Part shown: positions 37,824 to 50,704 of the stretch, one piece after another
Position numbering within the stretch: position 1 is the stretch's first letter
Layout: every line of letters starts with the position of its first letter
Assembly: GCF_964188315.1 (NCBI RefSeq)
Contig: NC_135655.1
Span: 101,494,001-101,558,000 of the forward strand
Direction: 5' to 3'
Source: Podarcis muralis
Lineage: Eukaryota
Length of the DNA stretch: 64,000 nt
Program-made: the position numbers and the translations under genes
The notes under the pieces: generated by a model
What the model saw: the letters and a program-made list of their open reading frames with translations, nothing else
Told to the model about the DNA's origin: nothing
Databases searched by the model: none

Positions 37824-39968
37824 GTGCAACTCCAATAGTACCTTCACGAGCAGCAACTCCAAGATCAATGAGGAATAAATCACATGAAGGAATTACCAAT
37901 TCTGTGATGCCAGAATGTAAAACTCCCTTCAAATTGATGATGGGGTCCTCAAATGCCATGGGAAGGCTATATGTGCAAGAGATGACTGCAAACCAACAAC
38001 AAGAACTTCATTCTGTCTATCCCAGGCAGAGATTGGGCAGTAATGAACATGGACAGAAATCTCCGTATCGTGGCGGCCATGGAGGAATGCCGAGTCCAGC
38101 TTCATCAGGATCACAAATATATGGAGATGGTTCCATCTCTCCAAGGACAGACCCTCTTGGAAGTCCAGATATTTTCACGAGGAATAATTCCAGTTTTCAT
38201 GGAGCACCCAACTCTAGTCCTGTTCACATGAACAGAACTCCTCTGTCCCCACCTTCAGTAATGCTACATGGTTCTCCTGTGCAGTCATCTTGTGCAATGG
38301 CTGGAAGGACTAATATACCTCTTTCCCCAACCCTGACCACAAAAAGTCCAGTAATGAAAAAACCCATGTGTAATTTTTCAGCTAGTATGGAAATGCCACG
38401 AGCAATGTTTCACCACAAACCACCTCAAGGCCCTCCTCCACCTCCTCCACCACCACCACCTTCCTGTGCTCTTCAGAAAAAGCCATTAACTTCGGAGAAG
38501 GATCCGCTTGGCATTCTTGACCCCATTCCTAGCAAACCGGTGAATCAGAATCCTGTTATCATTAATCCAAGTACTTATCACTCAAATGTTCACTCTCAGG
38601 TACCTGTGATGAATGTAAGCATGCCTCCAGCCGTCGTCCCTCTGCCAAGTAATCTCCCTTTGCCAACTGTAAAGCCTGGTCACACAAACCATGGGAGTCA
38701 TGTGCAAAGAGTTCAGCATGCTGCTTCAACCTCCCTCTCACCCTCCCCAGTAACATCACCGGTTCATATGATGGGATCTGGAATTGGAAGGATTGAGGCT
38801 TCGCCCCAAAGATCACGCTCATCTTCCACATCATCTGATCATGGAAATTTCATGATGCCTCCAGTAGGACCACAGTCATCTTGTAGTAATATTAAAGTTC
38901 CTCCTCGATCACCAAGGTCAACAATAGGGTCTCCTAGGCCATCCATGCCATCAAGTCCTTCTACAAAGACTGATGGACTCCATCAGTATAAGGATATCCC
39001 TAACCCATTGATTGCTGGAATGAGTAATGTATTGAATCCTCCAAACAATGCAGTTTTTCCATCTGCATCTGCTGGAAGTGGGCCCATGAAANNNNNNNNN
39101 NNNNNNNNNNNNNNNNNNNNNNNNNNNNNNNNNNNNNNNNNNNNNNNNNNNNNNNNNNNNNNNNNNNNNNNNNNNNNNNNNNNNNNNNNNNNNNNNNNNN
39201 NNNNNNNNNNNNNNNNNNNNNNNAACAATAGCAACAGCAGTAGCAATTCTGGAACTGTTGCCAGTGGTGGCAACAATGATGGACATAGCACTTTAAACAC
39301 CATGTTTCCTCCTACTGCTAACATGCTTCTACCATCAAGTGAAGGGCAAAGTGGTCGAGCAGCACTACGAGATAAGCTTATGTCTCAACAAAAAGACCCT
39401 TTGAGGAAAAGAAAACCACCAAACACTACCGTGTTGAGTTTGCTTAGGCAGTCTCAGTTGGATAGTTCTGGAGTTCCTAAATCTGGGCCTGACTTGATAA
39501 GAAAACAGAATCAAGGTTCATTTCCCATTACGTCTATGTCCCAGTTACTTCAATCCATGAGCTGTCAAAGTTCTCATATGAGCAGCAATAGTACTTCTGG
39601 TTGTGGGAGCTCAAATACTGCTTTGCCTTGCTCTGCTAACCAGCTGCATTTTACAGACACTAATATGAACTCTGGCACTATTCATAATTCACTGGCACAA
39701 GATTTACCTTTAAGAGGAGAAAGTATGCACTGCCAGAATTCAAACACTAACTTTGGCCATGGTACTAGTCCTGGCCCAAACCACCATCTTGCAGGCTTAA
39801 TAAATCAGATGCAAGCTAGTGGAAATTGTGGGGTGCTCAGTCAACCTGGAATGACTTTAGGAAACTCACTACATCTGAACCCAACTCAGCCACGAATCCA
39901 AGCACCCTCCAATCAAGTGATACCAAACAGCATTGTGAGCAGTTGCAGTCGAACAAGTCCTGAAGCAG
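37824..39968 (+). CDS. MBD5: MBD5 coding exon 4 (large Pro/Ser-rich exon, 2145 nt, includes the 132-N run)
   Basis: Acceptor ttttttatttag at 37823; open frame throughout (track ORF 37868-39997); matches MBD5 ([17 protein letters not shown]..., [15 protein letters not shown]..., [14 protein letters not shown]); donor CAG|GTATGT. Confidence 0.96.
39092..39223. other. Run of 132 N (gap or mask) inside the large MBD5 exon
   Basis: Directly visible; frame preserved on both sides (ATG AAA [44 codons] AAC AAT). Confidence 0.99.
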
Positions 39969-40761
39969 GTATGTTTCCTTTAAAAGCTGGTATCTAAAAA
40001 ATTTGAATGATAGTTTCCGTGTCTTTTTACGTATATATTTCATTGGAAATGGAAAGTTTCTATTTTGAGATGCAATTTATTTATTTATTTATTTATTCAT
40101 GCTTCTACTAACCTTTTCCCCAATGAAAGCAAGAACAGCATCTTATAGCTTGGTTATAAATACTGTTTCCTTTTAAAAGTCTTTGGACATTGCTTAGATA
40201 TGGCTGGTTTTTCTCGTATAGTTATGTATTTTATAGTGATAGATAGATGGTTCAGAAGGGTCAAGGATGTTAAGATAATTGGCTAACACAACGGCCCACT
40301 TTGCATATAACTCTAAGCCAAAGCAAAATAGGTGGGCTCCCACAGAGGAGGCAAACCATAAGCCAGAACGTAAGGTTTGTCCTGTGGTTTGCAGCTCATG
40401 ATTTGGAAGAGCTGAACCATGAGTCCAGGTTTGGAACCAGGTGTGCAGAAAAATATTGGTTAGGAGGAGAGGAGAGATGAGACGACGCCTGATAGACTGA
40501 ACATGCTCAGAGGCCTCCTACATCACTTGAATAGAATTTGCCTGATCCAACCCATAGCAGTTTTAGTAGCCTGAGGGAAGGGGAGAAGGATCAGAGAGGG
40601 GAAGAGATCTGTATCCCTTAAAAAAAGGATTATGGAGATAATTTGGAGGGAAATTATGAAAAAGTGTACTTTTTTTCATTCCTCACTCACCACCCTTCTT
40701 CAGACCCCGAAACCGCACTGCAGAGTGTGTTCTAGACTAGAGTAAGTAATGAGCGTTGGGA

Positions 40762-40925
40762 TTAAGAAGAACATGCTGGATCATCTAGCCCAGCCCAGCA
40801 TCCTCTTTTCAGGGTGGCCAACCAGATGGCTATGAGAAGCACACAAGCTATGATTCTCAGCAGCTGATATTCAGAGTCACACTACCTCTAAAAGTGGAGG
40901 TAGAACATAGCCATTAGGGTTACAC
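40762..40925 (-). mobile_element. CR1-type 3' end, short and degenerate
   Basis: AAGAAGAACATGCTGGATCA...CCAGCATCCTC...GGTGGCCAACCAGATG. Confidence 0.65.
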
Positions 40926-42379
40926 CACAGTGTTTGGTTACAGGTCCACACTTCTTGTTTCCTATTTGCCAACCATCAAAAATATCAGCTACATTTAGCA
41001 TATAGCAGCCTTATTTTAAATGCTGGATTTTATTCAATGCAAGCTTCTTAAATACACCAAACAGTTTTGTGTGCTAAGTTGAGTCTTTTATTGTGGATTG
41101 GATTAGGCACCTGTATCTAGACCTATTAGAACTTCTGCACTGGTAGAACTGGTTCAGACCAATGAATTTGATGAATTTAAATTGTTATTAAAGTTTAGGT
41201 TTGATAAGCCTATTTGAATAATTTATTTGGGGAGTGTAAATCATTTTATTTTATTTTTGTCTATGGCTTTAAAAATTCTGGAAACTTTACTAATGCCCAA
41301 ACAAAGCTCTAGAAATCACATTTCTAACAACCCATAATGAGAAATTCTGTATTTTCTCCTTTTGACGAAGCCAGCAGGTTGCATCACAGTGTCTTATCTA
41401 CAAATAAGCACACTTTTTGTTAGCCTCTTTGCATACTATTTTTGATTTCATAATAGGATTTTTGAGCAAGATGCTTCTGACAAGTGTGGCTAAACTAATC
41501 TTTGGAAGGATACTTATCTATATTTTTTCCCTTTCAGATCGGTAGTTGAAAAATAAAATAGCTCAGGCCAGGAAATGGAAGTTCTTTTTCTAATATATTC
41601 TACACACATTTTGTTTGCTTTTGGCCTGTCATATGCTTGCTTAGGGAGACAAATCTGGAAAGCTAAAACCAAGTTATATAAATAGTAGTTGTGTTTAATA
41701 CTGAAGCATTGAAGTGCAGTTTGATAACATTGTGCTGGCTAGATTGTAGATCAGGAGGGGGTTGCATTGGACCCTAAATTATGTAATCTCCGCAGGCACT
41801 AGTTTCTAGAGGCATGTTACCCATAGGCTTGTTACTATTGACTCACAAAATTCCATGATTATGAAAAACTACTAAAGCTTTAATATCAGCCATATGAATT
41901 TCAGAGTCTGGAAGGGTTTTTCTGAAGAATCCAGAAACTGTAGTCTGAAGAAACCTTATATACACATATCTAAGAACTAGAATCTCCTAAAATAAAGTGT
42001 GGTACTAAATGATGTTCATTCACTTCTGCGATACCTTTTGTTTTTGATTATGAGATGAAGCTAATTTCATGGGGAGGTGGGGCTTCTGACTTATAAAACC
42101 CTATTGTTTATATTATAAATACAACTGATCTATAAAGGAGAACTGAAGACAGCATTCTGCCAGAGGTAAAGCTGGCTGCACACATCAAAGGAATTTATGG
42201 ATCAGCTCTGTGTCAAAGACCTTCAAATCATCATCACCTAAAGTAGACAGATGTGTTCTCTTCTGTGCCAGATTCTGGACACTGGGTTATTACTTCTAGA
42301 GGCCCCTTATTGTTGGGTATGCAGTGGTTTGTATAAATTGCCTAACTACAGTTATTAAAAAAAAAAAATCCAGTGATGC

Positions 42380-42621
42380 TCTCTGCTGATAGAAGGCTCT
42401 TTGATCCAGCAGGCTTCATTAAGCTGAAAGGAACAGGTGAATTTTGTGAATTGCCCCTTGCTCCTGCAGTCCCCCAAGCTACCTACCACACAAGGCCCCC
42501 ATTCCACCTGAGCAGATTTATGGAGTGGGGGGGACCGTGGAGGAAAGTGGGGCAGCGAAATTGCCTCACCCCATTTTGCTAACTGAAGTTTCCACTGGAT
42601 CAAAAGAGCCATCAGCAGAGA
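42380..42621. mobile_element. Degenerate MITE-like element with about 30-bp inverted ends
   Basis: TCTCTGCTGAT..GGCTCTTTGATCCAGC versus ACTGGATCAAAAGAGCCATCAGCAGAGA. Confidence 0.5.
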
Positions 42622-43018
42622 TACACGATTGGTATTCTACGAAAACCTATAATACCAACAGAAGTGAAAGATGACATAAGTGCACAAGATGCAGCAGTCA
42701 TATCTGTCTGACACTGGAAGAAACCAGAGTGAAACACTCTTGCAGTGAAATGCAGACAGGAAGAACTGTCTATAATTGTGACGCTACTGACATAATCTGG
42801 TTCGTACCATTAGATAGAAAAGTTAAACTATCACCTGATTGCCTTACAATTGCCCAACAGGTTCTTCCTTGCTTGTGGGTGATGCCTGAATGATTCTGCA
42901 TCCTCACCAGTGTAACATCTGATAAGGAATATATGAGCACAATTTGTTAATTACTATTCATTCAGTTTGCATACTGCCCTTCATCTGTAGATCTTGAGGC
43001 GCTTTACAATATAAAAAT

Positions 43019-43375
43019 GGGACGTGGATGGCGCTGTGGGTAAGAGCCTCAGCGCCTAGGGCTTGCCGATTGAAAGGTCAGCGGTTCGAATCCCCGCGGC
43101 GGGGTGCGCTCCCGTTGCTCGGTCCCAGCGCCTGCCAACCTAGCAGTTCGAAAGCACCCCCGAGTGCAAGTAGATAAATAGGGACCGCTTACTGGCGGGA
43201 AGGTAAACGGCGTTTCCGTGTGCTGCGCTGGCTCGCCAGATGCAGCTTTGTCACGCTGGCCACATGACCCGGAAGTGTCTGCGGACAGCGCTGGCCCCCA
43301 GCCTCTTGAGTGAGATGGGCGCACAACCCTAGAGTCTGTCAAGACTGGCCCGTACGGGCAGGGGTACCTTAACCT
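43019..43375 (+). mobile_element. Sauria SINE, distinct subfamily
   Basis: GGGACGTGGATGGCGCTGTGGG head, core motifs, GGGGTACCTTAACC end. Confidence 0.92.
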
Positions 43376-43720
43376 AGCTGTCATATTAGGAAGAACACTT
43401 AAGTTTGGGGGAGCGCAATAAAGCGGTGTCAAACTTCTTCCTTTTTTTGACTAGGAAATGCAAGCATTTAAGCCATAAAAGGTTAATGGCAAGAGGAAAC
43501 TAAACCTAAAACAAAAAGGAGGAGAATCGGGTGTGAGAAGACCGTTACTGCACCACTTCTTGACTAAGCCCTGTAGGCAAATGTTTTAAGGATTTCTGGC
43601 TGGAGATAGGGAGAGTTAGCAAAAACTATTGGTGAATTCTGGTGATGTCAGGGAACCATCATATCTGACTCTTGACAGGTGACACATAAATAAGATGGCA
43701 ATTTGTCATATGGGAGTTGT

Positions 43721-44066
43721 AAAGGTAAAGGGACCCCTGACTGTTAAGTCCAGTCATGACCGACTCTGGGGTTGCGGCACTCATCTCACTTTATTGGCTG
43801 AGGGAGCCGGCATACATCTTCCAGGTCATGTGGCCAGCATGACTAAGCCGCTTCTGGCAAACCAGAGCAGCGCACAGAAATGCCGTTTACCTTCCTGCTG
43901 GAGTGGTACCTATTTATCTACTTACACTTTGCCGTGCTTTCAAACTGCTAGGTTGGCAGGAGCAGGGACCAAGCAACGGGAGCTCACCCCGTCGCGGAGA
44001 TTTGAACCGCCGACCTTCTGATCGGCAAGTCCTAGGCTCTGTGGCTTAACCCACAGCACCACCCGC
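43721..44066 (-). mobile_element. Sauria SINE
   Basis: AAAGGTAAAGG tail, reverse consensus to CCCACAGCACCACCCGC. Confidence 0.93.
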
Positions 44067-44379
44067 AATTAAAAAACCCCAACAACTATTAGTAAACAAA
44101 AGCCCTCATAATGATAAATTGTAAGTTGGTACTTTACCAAGAATTTAAAAGCAAAAAGCAGCATCTTCTTGATGCATTTTGAGCAAGATAACCTTTGCTG
44201 AAAGGTAAGGACAAGGTGCTGACCAGTAGCGGAGAGGAGTCTGTAGTGTCTCACAGTACCTTGTTTGAAGGTAACACTTGAAAACTGAACAGTGACATAA
44301 AACATGTTTTTAAATGTTAACTACAGGGAATTTATAGTAATCTAAGCTATGCGGACTCAAAAAGAAAGGTCTTTTATAA

Positions 44380-44380
<1 letters not shown>

Positions 44381-44439
<59 letters not shown>
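44381..44439. repeat. Compound (TG)n(AG)n microsatellite
   Basis: Directly visible. Confidence 0.97.
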
Positions 44440-44444
<5 letters not shown>

Positions 44445-44449
44445 GTGGT

Positions 44450-44640
44450 TAGGAACACAGAGTCTGCCTTCCACAGAACTGGATCTTTCCAGGTCCATCT
44501 AGCATAGAATTGTCTACACTGAATGGCAGCAGTTCTCCAGAGTTTCAGACCAGGGACATTCCCAGCCCTATGTGCACATGCTTGGAACTGAACCTGGGAC
44601 CTTCTGCATGTAAAACAGATGTCCTAGCACCTCATCCGTG
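44450..44640 (-). mobile_element. tRNA-derived SINE (Squam2-like)
   Basis: Reverse strand: CATGCAGAAGGTCCCAGGTTCAG...TCTGAAACTCTGGAGA...GTAGACAATTCTATGCTAGATGGACC. Confidence 0.7.
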
Positions 44641-46764
44641 TTGAGACAGCATACCAAGAGAAGATAGCTTTACTAGGGCTGCTGTACGCCTGGAATTTCC
44701 TGGACATTGCTGGGATTCGTCCATCGAAAATGACGTCCAGGCAGTATTTTTGAAAAGCAGCCAAAATGTCTGTGAAAACCTGGATGTATGGCAGCCCATA
44801 TCAGAAATGTTTATTTTTTTGGCGATTTTGCCGAAAAAAGGGGGGGAACCTCAACAACTTTGCCCCCTCCCCCCGAAAAAGCTCAACCCAGCACAGGGAA
44901 ATAAATCAAAACAGACATGATTGCAGGATTCTGAGATGTTGTTAGAAATTGCTCTTGGCCAGTATTTACAGACCAGAAAGTAAACATTTTCAACTTTGTA
45001 GAAATGCTTTTAAAATGTAATTTTAGCTTTTATATTGTGATGACATTAAGTTTTGCAAAGAACCCAGTCCTATATTCCTGCATCAGCATTCACTTTTTAA
45101 TTTATTGTGGCATATAGAAATATGATGGGTATTTAATTGGCAATAACTCATAAATATTTATTTCAGTACAACTAGGCTACTTATTTTTATCTTGCTCTTT
45201 AATATATTGAAATAAAATTAAACACCTCAGAACTTTAGGTAGCATTTATTAATGACTCGTAGCTTCTCAACTTTTTTAAAAATAGGAAAACTTGAGAAAT
45301 CAAGCATATAGTTAATGTCTGTCATATGAATATAGAATATTTGTATATGAAAGGAACTTGAGTTTCTTGAATGAGGTTTTTATTATGAATTTATTCCATA
45401 TAGTACATCCTTTTCACATTGCCTGTCAAAAACAACCTTTTGCCAAATATTTCACCCATCTTTTATTTTCAAATAATTATTCACAATAGAGCTGTGCATT
45501 GACCGCTCTATCCAAATTGTGCGGCTGATTTGTATTTTATATATATACATTCTTTTCAGTCTTTCTAAAATTTACAGACATACAAATTACAAAAACACAA
45601 ATCACATACATTTCTAATACACATATATTTGACTTCCGTCCCCCCTTTTTTTGGTTCCTTTTTAATTTTCATACTGCATTTTCCACATTACTCCATCTTT
45701 AAGTTATTCTTGAGTTTTTCTTAATAATATATTTAGCTGCTTGTTTTACATTAAACCTGCTAAGGAACTTATTTGCATACATGAGTTTTTCAAATATTTC
45801 ACAATCTTTAATAATAAAAAATTTTCTTCCTGTAAGTCCAGAGCAGATTTGGACCCAATAAGCTCTGGACTGAAGTCAACGGGGAGGAAACATATCTTCT
45901 GAAATACCATATACTTGAACTGGGAACCAAAATGGCCATAACTTTATTGTTTGTTTGCTAGTTTCACATAAAGCAATAAAATATGCAGACATGCTAGCCA
46001 CTAAAAGGGGGCTTAACCCTGCCAAATTACTGGCAAACAGCTCAAAAAGGTTTTAATGCTAGGCATGTTTTAAGTTTGCTTTTTCAAGAAAGTTTTTTTT
46101 AAAAAAGATTTTACTGATGTATATAATATTGCATTGTTTGTGTCTTGTTTGTACACAGGTAGTGTACAGTGTACTGGACTGTACAATGTACTCACAACAC
46201 ACACATACACAATACAATGTATTGATAAAGACAGACACAGAAAACCTAGCATTCTATAAATAAAACTTATGTAAGAGCTAGAACCAGTTTTGAGGGGAGG
46301 GGCAGGAATATTAAAACACAAGACAACAGACTTTCTTTTTTAAAAAAGGATGGGACTAGGATAATTGGGAAAGGATAGGAAAAAGTGTAAGTCTGAATAG
46401 GGTGCTGTGAAGGAAACAAAACTCAGGAGACAGATCTTATAAAACAGTTATGCATTCTAAGACTTCACTCTCCCTTTTCCCAAGAATTTTGATTGGGCAG
46501 TGCTGGGTGGGGTAAGATTGCAGCTCCCCTCTCCCTATCCTGCCGTTTTTGTTATATGGTGATGTAATCATTGCAACAGTTTAGAGATGGCCTGCCTGGA
46601 TTTCTGAGGGACTGTTTTGCACTACAAATAATGAATGGCACTATTTAGCAGGAAGAAACTCCAATGAAAATCCTCGTTATTACATATTTTTCCTGGTTTT
46701 TGTATATATTTTAAAATTTTAAATATGGATACTTTATGATGGCCTATATTTGTAATTCCTAATA

Positions 46765-47006
46765 CAGTGGTACCTCGGGTTACATACGCTTCAGGTTACA
46801 TACGCTTCAGGTTACAGACTCCGCTAACCCAGAAATAGTGCTTCAGGTTAAGAACTTTGCTTCAGGATGAGAACAGAAATTGTGCTCCGGTGGCCCGGCA
46901 GCAGCAGGAGGCCCCATTAGCTAAAGTGGTGCTTCAGGTTAAGAACAGTTTCAGGTTAAGTATGGACCTCCGGAACGAATTAAGTACTTAACCCGAGGTA
47001 CCACTA
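46765..47006. mobile_element. Same MITE family as 20371-20602, opposite orientation
   Basis: TA-CAGTGGTACCTCGGG ... CCCGAGGTACCACTA-TA; interior is the reverse complement of 20371-20602. Confidence 0.9.
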
Positions 47007-47009
47007 TAA

Positions 47010-48500
47010 AGGTTTGGCAGAGTAAAAGCACTACAGATCAGTACAAATCAATCCAGGAAGACACAACCCACTCTGTAGTGATTGGAGACTTCCTCAACCC
47101 AATCTGGATCAGGATGCGGATCAGTTCAGAATTGAATCTGGTGCACCGCTCTAATTTGCAATAACCTGTGCAGCCAAACATATCTTAAAGATATAGCTCT
47201 TCCTGGAGGAATATATTTCTTCCCCCCATGAGTTCCTGCATTTTTTTGTGGGGGAGGGGAATCCCCTGGCATTGGAGTCTCACTAAGGGAAGAGGGACAG
47301 TAGTCTGGATATTTAGAAGTCATTCCCTTTGGGCCAAATGATCAACTTGATAACTTCCTCAATACAGAAAGGCTTCCTCATAAAGCTGTTTCCTGCCCCA
47401 GAGAAGACAGAGAAATATTTTTGCTCTACTGAAACTTAAAAACAACAACAACACAGAATTCAGAGTATTGTTCCCATCCCATCCCACCAAACTCCCACTC
47501 TAGTGAAGTGCTCCAAGAACTCTTGGCAGAATTGACTCACAAGAAACCACCCAGCGCATTTTACGTTTGCATTCTAGTGATGGGCCAGCTCTTGGCCCTT
47601 AACACAGCCGGCCAGCTCTTGGCCCTTAACACAGCCTGGGACGGGTTAACGAAAATGAAGCTGTTAAGGAGTATTATACCTCACCATATAATGGATTTGG
47701 ATGGGGTGGGGATTCAGCTTCAAGGTCTTGCAACCCTAATTATTCCTTTGTTTTAGGCCCTGGAATTAGGGGTAGCAAGTACCAGGCAACTTCCTTTTCC
47801 CCTTTTCTTTTTCAACATATCTCCCAAGCTGAGGGTTGTGCCTGCATTGCTCTCTAATGTCAGCACTCTGAGACCTTGTTCTGTTATCTAGCATGTCCGT
47901 GTGCAGGATATTGGCTTTTCTTACAAGGGTAATGATATAATTAAACTGTAGTAGTTTTAGTTAACTTTTGGTTACACATTGGTATCATGTTCAGTCAATG
48001 ACTCTTGTGATTGCAGTCAAGTAGAAACTTCTTAAGTGAAACAGAATACACTATTTTGTTCCCTTTCATCAAAAGGCAATTGTTTTTGCAATTCTGGTAT
48101 ATCTTGTCAGAGCAGTTGTCAGATATTCTGCTCAGGAGACTTGGTTCCTATCAATACTGCACTACACATGTGCATTAAACTCATACTTTTATACTTTTAG
48201 GCCTGTCTATCCCAAAGTCTCTTGTGGACTTGAGTTTTTTGAGGATTTCTTAAATATTGTATCAGAAATCCCCAGGCCCTCTCAAGGAACTTTAGTTCCC
48301 TGGGAAGAAGAGTTCCTAGTTGCCAAAATACAATGCTAATCACTGAAGAATTTTTTGGCTGTGAAAATAGAACAACTGCTCCAAAGTAACACCTATGCCT
48401 TAATGTTCCTTCAGTGGAAGGATATCTGCTTCCACAATAGCGCAGCTTCTCCCGCACATCTTTTCTAGGGGCTTCCCCAATACTATGGAAAAGATTTGGA
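47010..48500 (-). mobile_element. Old L1-type LINE remnant (ORF1 C-terminus and start of ORF2 endonuclease)
   Basis: Minus strand: REKLRYCGSRYP (ORF1-like, 48197-48457), then NARG (47262-47273) and FLQEE (47197-47211), resembling the APE motifs WNVRG and LQETH. Confidence 0.45.
47583..47636. repeat. Perfect 27-bp tandem duplication (GGCCAGCTCTTGGCCCTTAACACAGCC x2)
   Basis: Directly visible. Confidence 0.95.
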
Positions 48501-50704
48501 CTGGGCGCAGGGTGAAGTCCTGTTGTGCAAGCATAATGGGTTAGCTGGGTTAGGATAGGTTAGGAACCATAATTCCATTATCAGGTTTAGGGATGACCAA
48601 AAAGGATACCATGACTGATGTGATTGAAACATATTCAGAAATCCAACAATATGTATTTCTCCTGCCTACCAGGGTGCCTAACACCATGTCTGTGTCAGAG
48701 CGGAGCCTGGGGCAGATTTAAATGGGTATGAATAATCCATTTCATCCAAGGACCCAGGAAAATTAGTCACCACCATGCACACAAAACTACTTTGCCCAGA
48801 GATTGAACATTTTAGACTGCTTGGTCTAAAACATGCAGTGAAATCCAGAGAGGGTTTCTTCAGCCAGAACCACCTTAAGACTGGATGAGACTACACCTTC
48901 CTCTATGGAGGCATTGGCTGTTCATTGGCTTACTTGGCCAAGCCTCCTCTGGCTGCCTTAATGAATGGCGGTGCCTTAACTGCAGCGCTTAAAGCACCAT
49001 GGAGCCTAGACTAAACTTCCATGATGGCAAAACATTTTCTGCCTTACCACCATGGTATGCATACAAGTATTATAGATCCTATGGATGTATGTGCATGTTT
49101 GCTTGCTTTCTGAGATCATGCTGCCCAACCCTTTCCAGATTCTCTTCCAAGGTAGGCCCACAAATGTGCTTTGCAGGAGTCCAATAATAACATGAATAGT
49201 CTCATAATATTTTACATGCCATTTGCATTGCTTTATTGGATTGAGAGAACTAGAAGAACTTTTATTTTCAGAATCCTGGTTTTATTCATCAAAATACAAA
49301 AATATTGAAAAACAAAGTATGAAAAATTCTGTTTCACACGGAAACTAAAACAGTGCCTATATAACGCATATGTGTCTGCCAACAGCATTCTGTAAATAAG
49401 ACCTAAGGCGTTTTTGCAATTTTTGCATAAAGTGTGAAGAGCTTTACAGCTGAGTTTAAATGGTAGCTGTGAGGCTTACTTGACAGTCTTGACCAAGTGA
49501 TTACTTCTCAGTCTCGCCACCCTCAGTTTCTGTGGAAATAAAATGGGTAAAAGACCATTTACCCTGCCTTGATCTTATTGGAGGAAGGATAGGATATAAA
49601 TGTGACAAAGGTTTATAATATTTTCTGTACTGTGCAGAACTTACAACAATATGTAAATAGTGGGACTTTCAGAATGCTCTGTCAGTGAGCTTTAGATTTA
49701 GCTTCTCTTCTGCCTAGTCTTTTTCTTCTCACATTCTCAAGAGCTGTGCTTTTGCATACATGCATATTTTATCTGTATATTTCCCATTATGTTTTTGATA
49801 TGTAAAGCCACATGGTGGCAGTCTTGAGAATGGAATTTGTTTGTTCTGATTGCTAATCTGTCTTCCTTAACTTTCTACAATCTTATTATTAGAATTTAAG
49901 CCTACCTCATACTCTGACACTGTACTTGGTATTTGCCCAAGAACAAAAACAACAATAAAAACCCCCCCACAAAACCACAAATAAATAAATGGTCTTGCTG
50001 AGGCTGAGTTTTTAAGTAATGTATTCATGCAAAATATTTCTTATATAATCTTTCTCATATATTTCCCATTATAGTGTTTGAAATAATTAATTACAAGTTC
50101 TATTTTGTATTTTAAAAACCCAGGTGGCTTGAATATGAGCTTCCTTTAAAATGGTCCAGGATGCCCTATGCAATGGTTCTCTTTTGAAGGACAGAGAGTA
50201 GCCCTGCGGTAGTCTTGTTTATGCTAGGAGATGGCCCAAGGCTATCTCAGTAGTGGACTTGAAGTTGCAGAAAATGTTCTACAGTGCATCACCCTGCTGA
50301 CTTTTAGAAAAATATGGAAGCACTTGTTTTTATTTATGTATTCAGTTGACATACTACCTAAAGTGTTCTGAAAGCGTTTGACAATAACATAAGTATTAAA
50401 TTCCATTGTGCAGCATTCATTCAATGTAACAAATAAAATCTGAAGAAAAGCCAGCTTTCTGTTTCCACACATTTGTTGTTTTCAGGTAGTTTAATACCGC
50501 TTTGAATACTTGTAACATGATTTAGTACTTTTACTGGTTTTTTAATTATCTGTTTTGTGAGTCACTGTCAATAAGGCAGGAGATATATTAATAACTATTC
50601 CTTGTCTGAGTGTTGCAAACTCCAGCTGATATTTATGACCAGTTATTCATTATAGCATTTATCTTTCAATGTGCGTTACTTTTTTCTTTCTTTCTCGTTT
50701 GCAG

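Noticed and set aside
37868-39997. Stand-alone 709-aa gene starting MRNKSH
   Set aside because: It is an internal MBD5 exon; the true exon start is 37824 and the ATG is at 30549.
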